This document shows positions 27,830 to 41,892 of a stretch of 64,000 bases of DNA, in pieces. Under the pieces are notes generated by a model. That model saw only the letters and a program-made list of their open reading frames with translations, was not told the DNA's origin and did not search any database. Source of the stretch: Octopus vulgaris (lineage: Eukaryota); assembly GCA_951406725.2 (NCBI GenBank), contig OX597819.1, positions 11,160,001 to 11,224,000 on the forward strand. The letters run 5' to 3'. Numbering within the stretch: the first letter of the stretch is position 1; the number at the start of each line of letters is the position of its first letter. Both the position numbers and the translations under genes were made by a program.

Positions 27830-28244
27830 AAGCGCAGGAGTGGCTGTGTGGTAAGTAGCTTGCTAACCAACCACATGGTTCCGGGTTCAGTCCCACTGCA
27901 TGACATCATGGGCAAGCGTCTTCTGCTATTGCCCCGGGCCGACCAATGCCTTGTGAGTGGATTTGGTAGACGGAAACTGAAAGAAGCCTGTCGTATATAT
28001 GTATATATGTATATATGTGTATGTGTGTGTGTTTGTGTGTGTGTGTTTGTCCCCCTAGCATTGCTTGAAAACCGATGCTGGTGTGTTTACATCCCCATAA
28101 CTTAGCAGTTCGGCAAAAGAGATCGATAGAATAAGTACTGGGCTTACAAAGAATAAGTCCCGGGGTCGATTTGCTCGACTAAAGGTGGTGCTCCAGCATG
28201 GCCGCAGTCAAATGACTGAAGCAAGTAAAAGAGAGTAAAAGAGT
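27830..28244 (+). mobile_element. SINE family B
   Basis: Full-length copy. Confidence 0.9.
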
Positions 28245-28388
28245 AAGCTGTTACATTATGTTGAGAGTCCAACATATTATTTCCTCTCCAGTTGCAAGGG
28301 TGAGATTGTTGTTTAGCCCTAGATCAGCCCTGTCTAGGAACATCTTATGAATTATGGCATTCTAGTAATGATTATCCTTGTGCATCTA

Positions 28389-28803
28389 GGCAGTGAGCTG
28401 GCAGAATCGTTAGCACGCCGGGCGAAATGCTTTGCGGTATTTCGTCTGCGGCTACATTCTGAGTTCAAATTCCGCCGAGGTCGACTTTACCTTTCATCCT
28501 TTCAGAGTCGATTATATAAGTACCAGTTACGCACTGGGGTCGATATAATCGACTTAATCCGTTTGTCTGTCCTTGTTTGTCCTCTCTGTGTTTAACCCCT
28601 TGTGGGTAGTAAAGAAATAGGTATTTCGTCTGCCGCTACGTTGTGAGTTCAAATTCCGCCTAGGTCGACTTTGCCTTTCATCCTTTCAGGGTTGATTAAA
28701 TAAGTACCAGTTACGCACTGGGGTCGATATAATCGACTTAATCCGTTTTTCTGTCCTTGTTTGTCCTCTCTGTGTTTAGCCCCTTGTGGGTAGTAAAGAA
28801 ATA
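28389..28803 (+). mobile_element. SINE family C, dimeric form
   Basis: 19-bp TSD gattatccttgtgcatcta (28370-28388 and 28804-28822) encloses both bodies. Confidence 0.93.
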
Positions 28804-29119
28804 GATTATCCTTGTGCATCTAAGACTATATTATCCAGAGTGTTTCTCCCATTTCGAATGATGTAATTTGAGGAAGATTTGTCTACTATTTCCAGTAGGT
28901 CAAGAAACCACTTACAGGCTCCCTCACTGGCCTGCTGCTGGGTAGTATTTGAGTCATGTAAAGGATCAGCAGCAGTTCAAACCTAGAGCTCTTTGATCTC
29001 CTTGATCTTCTAATTGTGTCTCTTTTATGTTTGTCAGTTTAAAGCCATTTTTTGCTTGCTTGTTTTGATACTTGTTTTGGCATGACAATAATATTTTGTT
29101 GCAAAATTATAGCAACACA

Positions 29120-30273
29120 TCTTTCTATATAAAAGTGAAGTTGTGTGTCTGTCTCCTACGATTTAGATTCCTAACTACTCACACATTTTGCGGTGCAGTT
29201 TAACCAAAACCGGGTATCTTATAGTCGTGATTCATTTCGAGCCCTTCTGGGTATTAGCGCGCGTCTACGATGAGTCTACGATTAAAAAAAAATTTACCAT
29301 CATTTTTACCATTTTAATGCATTTTTTCGCTATTATATAAGGGAAGTAACTCTCTAAAAATGTCTACGATGAGTCAACGATTTTTTCCATTTTTAATGCA
29401 TTTTTTTGCTATTTTTTGGCTATAACTCTCTAAAAATGCTTATATAGTTATTTCCCTTACAAACCCGAGCAACACCGGGCGATACTGCTAGTTATATATA
29501 AAAGTGAAGTTGTGTGTCTGTCTCCTACGATTTAGATTCCTAACTACTCCCACATTTTGCGGTGCAGTTTTAACCAAAACCGGGTATCTTATAGTCGTGA
29601 TTCATATCGAGCCCTTCTGGGTATTAGCGCGCGTCTATGATGAGTCTATGATTAAAAAAAAAATTTACCATCATTTTTTCCATTTGAATGCATTTTTTCG
29701 CTATTATAAAAGGGAAGTAACTCTTTAAAAATGTCTACGATGAGTCAACGATTTTAAAAAAAATTTACCATCATTTTTTTTCCATTTTTAATGCATTTTT
29801 TTGCTATATTTTGGCTATAACTCTCTAAAAATGCTTATATAGTTATTTCCCTTACAAACCCGAGCAACGCTGGGCGATACTGCTAATTATATATAAAAGT
29901 GAAGTTGTGTGTCTGTCTGTCTCCTACGATTTAGATTCCTAACTACTCCCGCATTTTGCGGTGCAGTTTAACCAAAAGCGGGTATCTTATAGTCGTGATT
30001 CATATCAAGCCCTTCTGGGTATTAGCATGCGTCTACGATGAGTCTACGATTTAAAAATAATTTACCATCATTTTTTTCCATTTTAATGCATTTTTTCGCT
30101 ATTATATAAGGGAAGTAACTCTCTAAAAATGTCTACAATGAGTCAACGATTTTTATAAAAATTTACCATCATTTTTTTTCCATTTTTTTTGCTTTTTTTA
30201 GCTATAACTCTCTAAAAATGCTTATATAGTTATTTCCCTTACAAACCCGAGCAACGCCGGGCGATACTGCTAG
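29120..30273 (+). mobile_element. Head-to-tail trimer of non-autonomous Helitron family D
   Basis: Units end at 29491 (CTAG), 29886 (CTAA) and 30273 (CTAG). There is a single 5' TC at 29120. Confidence 0.9.
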
Positions 30274-30630
30274 TAGATATATAAACCACAACATAGCTAC
30301 AACTGTCAATATTTAAAGGAAATTTGATAACAACTGCCTAAAATAATCTGTTGATGGACTACTAATTTTGTTCAATATTATTCAGAGTTCTCTGGCCTTG
30401 TGCTAAAATTTTAAACCAATATTATTCAGAGTTTGCTTAGTCTGTGCATATTCTCATTATTCAATATGACTGTGTTGAAACTTCCATATCTTGTCTGTTG
30501 TGTGAGGTGAAGCAATATTGGGAAATATAAGATCATGCACACAGACACAAAGTCTCAGATTTATAGGAAGAGAAAAAATTAGATTGTCTGTTTGAATGTG
30601 TAAGGGAGGGGGTGTACACATATGAGTATA

Positions 30631-31037
30631 CTCTCTCTTTTTACTCTTTTACTTGTTTCAGTCATTTGACTGCGACCATGCTGGAGCACCGCCTTTAGTC
30701 GAGCAAATCGACCCCAGGACTTATTCTTTGTAAGCCCAGTACTTATTCTATCGGTCTCTTTTGCCAAACCGCTAAGTGACGGGGACGTAAACACACCAGC
30801 ATCGGTTGTCAAGCAATGCTAGGGTGACAAACACAGACACACACAAACACACACACACACAAACACACACACATATATATATATACATATATACGACAGG
30901 CTTCTTTCAGTTTCCGTCTACCAAATCCACTCACAAGGCATTGGTCGGCCCGAGGCTATAGCAGAAGACACTTGCCCAAGATGCCACACAGTGGGACTGA
31001 ACCCGGAACCATGTGGTTGGTTAGCAAGCTACTTACC
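30631..31037 (-). mobile_element. SINE family B
   Basis: Full-length reverse copy. Confidence 0.9.
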
Positions 31038-31237
31038 ACACAGCCACTCCTGCGCCTATATATGTATATATATATGTATATATATGTATATATATGTATA
31101 AATATATACTTGTCTTCTTTTACTGGTTTTAACTATTCAGTTCAAGCTATGTAATGACTAGTATGTGTATACATACATAGTTAGATATACTATACATATA
31201 TGCGTGTGTATATGATTATATATATATTACATATATT

Positions 31238-31640
31238 GGCACAGATGTGGCTGCGTGGTAAGAATCTGGCTTCCCAACCACATGGTTCCAGGTTCAGTCC
31301 CACTACATGGTACCTTGAGCAAGTATTTTCTACCATAGCCTCAGGCCAGCCAAAGCCTTGTGGGTGCATTTCGTAGATGGAAACTGAAAGAAGCCTGTTG
31401 TATATATCTCTATATATATAAAACTGAGAATGTGTGTCTCTGTCTGTGTGTTTCCCTAAAACTTGAGAACTACACAACCAATTTCATTCAAATTTTACAC
31501 ATGTCTTACTTAGGGTCCATGTAGTGTCATAGGCAAAATGTTTAACTTCTTGCCTAGGGCGAGCCCACAGCAATATCATATCTTCTCCACTATTTCAGTA
31601 TTACGTGTTAAAAGTGAAAGAAAAACATGTCCCTATTGTA
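31238..31640 (+). mobile_element. Diverged SINE B 5' half, interrupted at ~31406 by a second Helitron-like 5' end
   Basis: B head/core, then tctctatatatataaaactgagaatgtgtgtctctgtctg, which resembles the family D 5' terminus. Confidence 0.6.
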
Positions 31641-31652
31641 TGTATATGTATG

Positions 31653-31701
<49 letters not shown>

Positions 31702-31704
<3 letters not shown>

Positions 31705-32317
31705 AGTGAGGGTGAAAAATTAGATACTAATTTAATAATACCATCAGTTTAACACCAAGTGGTCTAGCACATAAAAAACCAGGGAGACAATACAAATTTA
31801 TACGTAAATATAAGAGAGTTACCGTTAAGTGGTTAACTCTAGTGCTAGAAATAGCTCCTTATTCTGGTATAGCCACCAAAGTTGTTTCCACAAAAGAAAT
31901 AACATTACCTCCAACGTATGGAAAGCGAAATACAACGAAAAGATAAATTAATGCTGAACAATTGTTTCTTTATCAACATAATATGCAATTATACTCACAT
32001 ATTTATCTATAAATCATCAGCAGCATTTGTTTTCGATACAATTTATTAGATCCACACGGGCGATAAATACCCATGCGGTCCAATCGATTGCATACATAGT
32101 TGTGATTTAGCTTCCCGCTAAAAAGCATGGTAAGACTTAGTGAAAACGAGTACTGCACACAATATTTAGTGCAGTATACTAAATTTATAAATTCATAAAT
32201 GAGGGTGAAAAATTAGATATTAATTTAATAATACCATCAGTTTAACACCAAGTGGCCTAGCACATAAAAAACTAGGGAGACAATACAAATTTATACGTAA
32301 ATATAAGAGAGTTACCG
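31702..32317. repeat. ~120-bp direct repeat (31702-31825 and 32195-32317)
   Basis: tgagggtgaaaaattagata...ataagagagttaccgt occurs twice. Confidence 0.85.
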
Positions 32318-34063
32318 TGCTAGGTTGGAAAACAAGGTCGCTTATTTGAATATCTTCTGGTTTCTACTTGGTGTGATGGGGTATTAAAATATGAGATAGG
32401 GGAATCTGAATGAGCTAGTTTATATAGGGTGGGATGGGTGAGTGGAGGTAAAGTGTTGGGAGAAGCAAGTGGCTAACGAAACTGAAAGAGAGGAAAAGAA
32501 ACAGAGATAGAGACCAGAGTTAGGCTAGTCGAAGACAGAACACGAGGAGATGGAATTTTTAGATTTAGGGTAACATAATTGAATGAATGGGTTGAACACT
32601 GCTGTTGCCAGAGTATATATATATATATATATAAATAATTGAGATTCAATTGAATTAGGTACTTAAGTTGAAGCACCAAGTTAGTCTGGTATTATCCACA
32701 CAACTCAAAGTAAGGTGAATAGAATCAAACTAAGCAACAGGATATCAAGTAGTAATATAGTATGACCATTTCAAGCAGCTCCATTTAATTGAACAATGCA
32801 GTCATTACATCAATTTAAATGCAGTGCTGTCTTCAGCTGAACAAATAAATAAATGGAATTTTAACAAGTAGGACACATTAATATAATTTTTCTTAAATAT
32901 TTTAACAGAGCTAGAAGATGGAAGAAATTCAAGCTGTCGCTATTGTAGCTAAGAATAGACTACAACTTCTAAGAATCACATGGAGCATAGTGGGGTCATT
33001 GGGTTGTAAGGGCTATGATTAATTTCTAATTCATTTATCTCTTTATCAATTACTAAACCTAAAACCAGAAGACTGTGTCTATTTTGAATAAAGGACAAGA
33101 GTGAGTTGACAGCTTATGGCTAGGTATGGTCATAAATATTATCATATGTATACCTTTTCCCCAGGGAGGAAATAAGACATTAGGAGTAGTCAGTTGGATA
33201 TAAGTAACCGTCTATAAAAAGAGGCAGGGTAGGGTAGACTCTAAATCATGATGCTAATTACCAGTTAAAGGGGCAAGATGCTAAGAAACCTAAGATACTA
33301 ATATAGAGGAAATTTTATTTAGGGGCACTATGGGGCAATGTTTATAAACAATACAGTTATGTTGTATAAAAATAAAATTTAAGAATTTCAAAAATATCAT
33401 AACCAAAATAGGTAAAAAGTATACATATATCAATTATAAACATTAAAAAGGAAGATTACATAGAATCAGTTTAATATCCATTCGTGCACTTAATTAATTA
33501 CTTATTAGGTGGTTTCTATAAAGACTGCTCGAGGCATTTACATATGGAATAACTGGAAAGATTTATATGCTATCTATTAATTTTAAGCCATGAATCAGAA
33601 AAGTGTAAAAATGCATACAGATACACATACACACATATGTGCATATATGCATATATACACATACACAAATATTTATACATTTATATGGATATAGTATAAA
33701 TATCTCTAGACTTAAGTAACTGAAAAATATCAATTTAAGAACAAGAAAAATAACAATTTATAAGGGATAAGAGGTTAATAAGTAAGGATATCAAAATAAA
33801 ACAAAATAAGAATTTATAGAAAATAAAAATACATATAACCTACATATAAATAATAAAAAAATACATATAACCTACATATAAAGGGGGTTAAAATTAGAGG
33901 CAGGGAAAAGATAATGGTAGCCCCAAAAGAATGGGTAATAGATATGGAAATAGTGAGGGCAGTTAAAGGTATTCAGACCAAAGAGATTTTATAAGTTGTA
34001 ATGTTACAGGTGTTATTGTATGTATGATTTTATAGTTTTTAGGGGGTATAGGATTTAGTCAAA

Positions 34064-34458
34064 ACTCTCTTTTACTCTTTTACTTGTTTCAGTCATTTGA
34101 CTGCGGCCATGCTGGAGCACCGCCTTTAGTCGAGCAAATCGACCCCGGGACTTAATCTTTGTAAGCCCAGTACTTATTCTATCGGTCTCTTTTGCCAAAC
34201 CGCTAAGTGATGGGGACGTAAACACACCAGCATCGGTTGTCAGGCAATGCTAGGGGGACAAACACAGACACACAAACACACACATACATATATATGACAG
34301 GCTTCTTTCAGTTTCTGTCTACCAAATCCACTCACAAGGCATTGGTCGGCCCGGGGCTATAGCAGAAGACACTTGCCCAAGATGCCATGCAGTGGGACTG
34401 AACCCGGAACCATGTGGTTGGTTAGCAAGCTACTTACCACACAGCCACTCCTGCGCCT
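34064..34458 (-). mobile_element. SINE family B
   Basis: Full-length reverse copy. Confidence 0.9.
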
Positions 34459-36071
34459 AAGGAGACTTACTTATGTAAAGTCACTACAAGTATACATAAT
34501 ATGATCAGTAGGGTATATGATCAAACTTTAAACTTCTATAGCTCTTTAAAAACATTTTTCTGGAAAAAATGAAATAACTCTAGCAATTCAGTTTGGGCAA
34601 GGGTATTATTTGTGCCAAACTTTAAAATTTTCGGTAAACTTTAAGTTTTGGAGCCACTGGCAACCAAACAGAAAAGATCCTCAAACTATCCAACCCATGC
34701 CAGCATGGACAATGGACATTAAATGATGATGATGAGTACCTAAGGAAAAATAATATGTCCCTGCTTATCAGTAAGCAACTTCTTTTAGTGTGAGGAAGGG
34801 TATTTTGAAGCAATAAACACTACTTCAAAAGATCTACTCTATGCCAGCATGGGAAAGTGGTTGTAAAAACAACAATAATGATGAAGATAATGTGAATGGT
34901 AACAGCAGTGATGACAGTATTGGCAGCAGTTTTGTTGTTGATAATGATGATGATCATGATGATGTATAAGACTATACTTTGCTGAGGCATCTCCAGACTA
35001 ATCACCATAACTACCACAACACTCACTCCCCACTGCATGTCCCAGAAGTTTAATTTTTTAATTAATATAAACTTTGAAGCTCTCTCTTCTTTGACAAGAA
35101 TTATCATTAATGCTAAAGGCTTTTCATCTCCTTACGGGTATTAGTATAGCCTCATTATATATTAAATACATTAGGCTGCACTTAATCAATTGTTTATAAG
35201 TTCATTATCCCTTATATATGGGGCCTGGTGGAATTTTCAAATACACTGAATGAAATAAGATTTGGCCAGCTTCCCTCTAATACAATCAGAGTGACCAGTG
35301 TAACCTGTTTGGGATTGGTAAATGGACAAATACATCACTATTCTTTAATGTATTCAGTGTTGCTTAGTTGACAGATTGCCAGGGGTCAAGAGAGCAAATG
35401 AGGAGTGGTGGCGGTGGTGAGCAGTAGCTGTTAATAGCCTAAAGAGGGGCAGTAGAGGTAGGTAGTAGCTATATTGTTGAGATAACCCCCACCACTATCA
35501 GCATCAGCACTGCTGTTACAACCATCATTGCTATCATCACCTTGACATGGTGGTGAGGGTGGTGCTATTGACTGCAGTCCTTATTGTACAGGTAATGACA
35601 ATCAATATTGATATACTCACTGTGGTAGTGAATGCTGGTGACTCTAGTGTCTGAAAAAGCAGCTACTTTAGAAATGGTTATAGAAGTGTAGTAGAGATAG
35701 GGGTGAAGATGATTTTAGCTGTCATATTGGTGGTGGTATTTTTTGGCTACAGTTGTAATGAATGTGGTAGTGATGCTGGTGTTATGACAATGATAAAGAT
35801 AACGGTAATGGCCTGATTCTGTCATTTCAGATAATTCTATTGATAAAAAATTTAGAAAATAAAATTTCTTTTTCATGTCTAATTTTACAGTCTGAGTTGA
35901 AAATCAATCAACAACAAAATTATTAAATATTGAAGAATTTAATCTCAAACTTTAATGAGTTAAATCTTGAAATAACTTACATTTGAAAAACATCCATCAC
36001 TATATATTCTTACCATTTGACAATGAAATGTATTTCTTATGTTTGACAATTTCTCCTGTTTGTTATTTCAG

Positions 36072-36191
36072 ATATTAATGAATGTTTATCAGACAATGGA
36101 AGCTGCCAACAGGTCTGTAGCAATACAATAGGAAGCTACAAATGTTCTTGTCAACCTAGTTATAATCTCATTAACGACAGTCAATGTGTTG
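36072..36191 (+). CDS. Internal cbEGF exon (exon b), all six Cys intact
   Basis: tttcAG acceptor, G|GTATCT donor, 120 nt, phase 1-1. Translates (D)INECLSDNGSCQQVCSNTIGSYKCSCQPSYNLINDSQCV. Confidence 0.92.
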
Positions 36192-36699
36192 GTATCTTGC
36201 TATTGCATTATTCACTGCACACATTTTGCTGTTCTTATTTATCATCTTATTTTGTACTGATGGCTTCTTCTGTTGATCAAGGGCAACTTCATTGACAAGT
36301 ACATTAATCTTGAAGAACATATTGACAGCCCAATAGTAGAGAACTCTGCTTGATACTTTACAGACCTCTCTGCAAATTTGTTTTGCCAGTTTGGAAGAGA
36401 ATAGAATAACAGTTGAAGATAATATCTTCTATTGTCAACTTGTTAAACTAGTGATGTGAACCTAATGATGGTTGTTAGAGTTAAAAATCATTTGATAACA
36501 TTCAATGCAGCAGTCTTACCAAATTAAGATATTTCACCCTAGTAAATGAAAACAAAATTCATCCCTAACAAAAAGCATCGGATGGAATTTGAACCAAGAA
36601 AAACGTAACTCATCTCTGAACATTAAGAGTACAACCACTTACTCTATAATACAATGAGTGAGTACTTGAAACAACTGTAAATCAATACAATATCCATCA

Positions 36700-36902
36700 C
36701 TCTTTTATTTGTTTCAGTCATTTGACTGTGGCCATGCTGGAGCACCACGTTTTAGTTGAGCAAATCAACCCCAGGACTTATTCTTTGTAAGCCTAGTGCT
36801 TATTCAATCGGTCTCTTTTGCCGAACCGCTAGGTGACTGGGACGTAAACACACCAGCATCAGTTGTCAAGCAAATGCTAGGGGGACAAACACAGACACAC
36901 AA

Positions 36903-36947
<45 letters not shown>

Positions 36948-37112
36948 TACGACAGGCTTCTTTCAGTTTCCGTCTATCAAATCCACTCACAAGGCATTGG
37001 TCGGCCCGGGGCTATAGCAGAAGACACTTGCCCAAGGTGCCACACAGTGGGACTGAACCCAGAACCAGGTGGTTCGTAAGCTAGCTACTTACCACACAGC
37101 CACTCCTACGCC
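36700..37112 (-). mobile_element. SINE family B
   Basis: Full-length reverse copy. Confidence 0.9.
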
Positions 37113-37481
37113 TATACACTACGCCTACGCCTACACACTAATACTTATACAACAAAATATAACAATGCTTTTGAGTTAATTACAAGTATGATTTTGCCTA
37201 AGAATATATTCCATTGCACTATGCTGCAACTAAATTTACTTTTGAATATAAGGGGAATGAAATCCTTTCTCACAACTTTATTAATAAAACTTGTTGAAGC
37301 TTTGAGATTGCAAAGCAAATTTCATTAAGCACTCAGCCTTTGTGCCTTGTTTTCCTTTTGTGGACTCTCACATATTTACTATAACTCTTAGTCCCTACAG
37401 CCTTTTAGAACCTAAAAACTGAAAAAAGAACATGTAAGAGAAGTAACTTTAAAGCTTTGGCTAATCAAAATTTATGGAAAA

Positions 37482-37881
37482 CTAGCAGTATCACCCAGCG
37501 TTGCTCGGGTTTCTAAGGGAAATAACTATATAAGCATTTTTAGAGAGTTATAGCCAAAAAATAGCAAAAAAAATGCATTAAAAATGGAAAAAAAATGATG
37601 GTAATTTTTTTTTTTAAATCGTTGACTCATCGTAGACATTTTTAGAGAGTTAGTTCCCTTATATAATATCGAAAAAATGCATTAAAATGGAAAATAATGA
37701 TGGTAAAGTTTTTTTTAAATCATAGACTCATCGTAGACGTGCGCTAATACCCAGAAGGGCTCGATATGAATCACGACTATAAGATACCCGGTTTTGGTTA
37801 AACTGCACTGCAAAATGTGGGAGTAGTTAGGAATCTAAATCGTAGGAGACAGACACACAACTTGACTTTTATATATAAAGA
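37482..37881 (-). mobile_element. Non-autonomous Helitron (family D)
   Basis: Reverse copy with TC and CTAG termini. Confidence 0.85.
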
Positions 37882-38171
37882 TAAAGACAATGCAGACTGG
37901 AGTGAATCAAGTCTTTACAGCCAACTGGTGAAGCAGAGAAACCAACAGAGAGAGGGGGGGTGTAGTGGCATTTACAATGAAAATCAACAATATAGTAGAG
38001 GAAAAGCACTTCTGTGGTATATTCTGTATAAGTACACATAGTAGGGCCTCACATGTGTAATAAATTGAGAGGAAAATTTTGATTAACAGAGTTTATTCAA
38101 GCAATTTGTTGATAAAATTTCCCTTTAGGGGTATCTAAAATCAAATATTTATTATCTTTTATGTTATCTGT

Positions 38172-38528
38172 TATTTGTTTCAGTCATCAGACTGCGACCA
38201 TGCTGGAGTACTATCTTGAAGAATTTTAATCAAACAAATTGATCCCAGTACATTTTTTTCTGAGCCTGGCATTTACTCTGTCAGACTCTTTTGCCAAACC
38301 ACAAAGTTATGGGGATATAAACACACCAACACTGGTTGTCAAGTGGAGGTGAGGGGAACAAACACAGACACACATACAATGGGCTTCTTTCAGCTTCTGT
38401 CTATCAAATCCACTCACAAGGATTTGGTCAGCCTGAGGCTATAGCAGAAGACATTTGCTCAATGTACCATGCTATGGACTAAACCCAGAACTATGTGGCT
38501 AAGGAGCAAAGTTCTTACCACACAGCCA
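38172..38528 (-). mobile_element. Older, diverged SINE family B
   Basis: Recognisable but diverged B body and tail. Confidence 0.8.
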
Positions 38529-39156
38529 AGCTTTTACCTATTATTATTCCCTGTTTTTTTAAATTTATTTCCTCTTTTTCCTATTGTTTGTAATCCTTTT
38601 TTGTCTCTATGTATCATCACTTATGTTGATTGCACATATAAGCTTCTTACCATTTTTCTTAACATACACGTGTAGTCCTATAATATCCAAGTTTGCTATG
38701 TTATCTTAAATGGACATCTGGATCCCTTTTTCTTGACAAATGCAGTCTAATAATTCTGCTCCATAGAAGTAACTTAATCCATTTCATTGAGTTCATTTTT
38801 CATTCCACCGATGAAAGGCAGCAGATTATGTGATCCCTAGTATTGTCGAAGTGTCGATTCCATTAATGATTTTCCTTTTATTTCGTTTTGTGTTCAAGAT
38901 TTTCTAAACTTTCTGCTTATATTCTTATCCAATTTGCAGATCAGTAGATCCCTTGTTACCCATCATCCCCTTCAGTATTTTCTGTTTTTGCATATAAAAG
39001 CATATTTCATCAGCTAGCAACCATATCAAAGTTTTACAATTTGGCATTTTTATTAGTCTTCTCATTATTTTTGGTTCAATACAAAGTGTGAGAAGTATTT
39101 GAGGGTGTATTTGGCTATTTAATAAAACAAACGTATTTTAATAAAAAAAATTGTGA

Positions 39157-39546
39157 TGGCTGTGTGGTAAGTAGCTTACTAACCAACCACATGGTTCCGG
39201 GTTCAGTCCCACTGCGTGGCACCTTGGGCAAGTGTCTTCTGCTATAGCCCCAGGCCGACCAATGCCTTGTGAGTGGATTTGGTAGACGGAAACTGAAAGA
39301 AGCCTGTCGTATATATGTATATATATATGTATGTGTGTGTGTTTGTGTGTCTGTGTTTGCTTGACAACCGATGCTGGTGTGTTTACGTCCCTGTCACTTA
39401 GCGGTTCGGCAAAAGAGACCGATAAAATAAGTACTGGGCTTACTAAAAGAATAAGTCCCAGGGTCGATTTGCTTGACTAAAGGCGGTGCTCCAGCATGGC
39501 CACAGTCAAATGACTGAAACAAGTAAAAGAGTAAAAGAGTAAGAGT
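39157..39546 (+). mobile_element. SINE family B
   Basis: Near full-length; (gagtaaaa)n tail. Confidence 0.9.
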
Positions 39547-39944
39547 ATGACATGTTCTCAATAAGATTATTCTATGAATCTGCCTCCAGCTTTAATGACT
39601 ACTTCAGCACAGGTCTGGAATAAATTACCACTAAATAGTCCTTATTCATTTTGGACATCAACTGGACATTGACTGCATTCAGTGAAGCCATTATATTTTT
39701 AGGATGACAATTAGTCTTTGTTTCAACAATGCTCCATGGGATACAAATCTGGCAAATTTAGAGGCCACAAGTTTGGTTTTATATCATCTGTATTTGCACA
39801 TTCTCCACCATGTGCCATCTGAGGTAGATAATGGATATGATGTTCTTAATATATTAGGTGATTATGTTAAGAAGTGCTAGGACTGAATAAATCAAAAGAA
39901 ATATTACTATGGTAACAATAGTTGTATTTATCATCATCATCATC

Positions 39945-40015
<71 letters not shown>

Positions 40016-40019
<4 letters not shown>

Positions 40020-41730
40020 TGCCTTTCCACAGATTCTAACACTGGAAACATGCTATGGTGTCAGCTGTTCACCACCAGTGAACTAAGGTAACACCTCTTA
40101 TTTTTCACTCACCTTCCAAAGTATTCGAGCAGTTCCAAGCAGTGCTGTTTTCTGCAAGTGCTCCACCCTTATTGCAGCCCCTATTTGTTCCATGTACTTC
40201 TCAAGATTTTTTCTCACTGTTCCCAGGGCTCTGATAATTATTGATACTACTACCACCTTTTTTATCAACCACAGCTGCTTAACCTCCCAAGCTAAGCTGT
40301 CATACCTATCAACTTTTCTTTCTTCCTTATCACATACCTTGTTGTCAGCTGGGCATGTTATATCTATGATTCAGCATAGTTTACTTTCTTTCTCAATTAA
40401 CACTATGTCTAGCTTCCTATTCTCTATCTCATGGTCGCACTGAATCATAAAATCCCACAGGATCTTTGCATTATCATTTTTGATGATGCCTTTGGGTTTG
40501 TGGTCATACCAATTTTTTCCTCTGTTAAGACCATATTTGTTGCAAAAGCCTTGCTATATTGTCGTGGCATCTCGTATACTCCTTCTGGGCTAGTGGCATA
40601 CATTGGCTGGTAGTATGCCATACAGTTTCACAGTTTTGTCCACAGATTCTGCACTCATCACTTTCTGCTGTGTTGTCTACTCTGTATTTTATGTAGTTTG
40701 CTCTTAGTGCTTTCTCTTGGGCAGCACGGATTAGAGCCTCCGTTTCCAGTTTTAAATCACTGTTAGTCATCCACAGCCTTCTTTTTTCTCTGTCTGTCTT
40801 ATCTTTAACATCCCTATGGAATTGTCCATGCATTCTTTTCTTTACCCACCTATTTTCAGTTTCATTCGTTTTCAATTGCTTGTACAGTGCTTTATCTTTG
40901 CAATCTTTCATCCTACACAAGCCTGACCTTCTTACTTCTAATGATAGCGGATCTGTGACATTTTTCACATACCATGCTATATTGTTTTCTTCTGCTCTTA
41001 TGCAGTGTTCACATCCAATAAGTCCTCTTCCCCCTCTTTTTCTTGTCACTTTTTGGGTGGAATGTCCCCTATCTAGTTAGCAACTTCCTTGTCTTTCTGC
41101 CTAAGCTGTTTAGTTCGTCTACTGTCCATGCGATTACCCCTGCTCCATATCTAAGGAGTGAAACCACCTAGGTTTTGATAGCTTTAATCTTATTCCATCT
41201 GTTTAATTTCGACTTAAGGATCAGTCTCAGTCTGCACATATACTCCACCTTAAATTTTCCTGTCATTTCTTTCTCCATCAATTTTTCCATTTCCAAAATT
41301 CCCAAGTACTTATAGCCTCTCTTCTATCTGCTTCATAACCTCCCCCAACAGTATCAATAGCCCATCCATACATTTGATTTTGCCTCTCTTCAAGACTAAC
41401 ACATCACACTTTCTCAGTCCGAACTCCATTCTGATATCAGCACTGAAAATATATACCGTATAAATGAGGGAACTTACTTGGGCTTTATCTTTACCATAAA
41501 GTTTATGGTCATCCATGTATAACAAATGGTTAACTTTTTGTTGGTGGCTTTTGAATACAAACCCAGCTTTTGATTTCCTCAGAATCAGTGTTAGTGTTAT
41601 CAAGCACAATACAAAGATCAGTGGGGACAGGCGGTCCCCTTGGAAGACGCTCCTCCTGATTTCTACTGTCCCTAAACTTCTTCTGTATACTGTCAGTTCC
41701 AATTTGCCATACTTTTTCCAAGCAATCACT
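40016..41730 (-). mobile_element. R4/Dong-clade (RLE-type) non-LTR retrotransposon remnant
   Basis: FQGDRLSPLIF and HLLYMDD (RT), GGRGL, MHGQF, ETEALIRAAQE, CRICGQNCETVWHTTSQC zinc knuckle and YTRCHD. It abuts (TAA)n at 39946-40015. Confidence 0.88.
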
Positions 41731-41807
41731 CAACATTCGATGCAATACCAAACAGGTTCATACATTCCATTATCCAAGAGTGTGGGACCATATCATACAC
41801 CTTACGA

Positions 41808-41861
<54 letters not shown>

Positions 41862-41892
41862 CATTATTATTATCATTATTATTATTATTATT

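Noticed and set aside
35750-35800. Additional EGF exon (cag-ttgtaatgaatgtggt)
   Set aside because: Only the N-E-C-like words match. There is no downstream Cys pattern or donor at 120 nt.
38805-38870. Third hammerhead (ccgatgaaaggcag...ttgtcgaag)
   Set aside because: The core is mutated at both CUGA and GAAA and stems I/III are not convincing. At most it is a relic.
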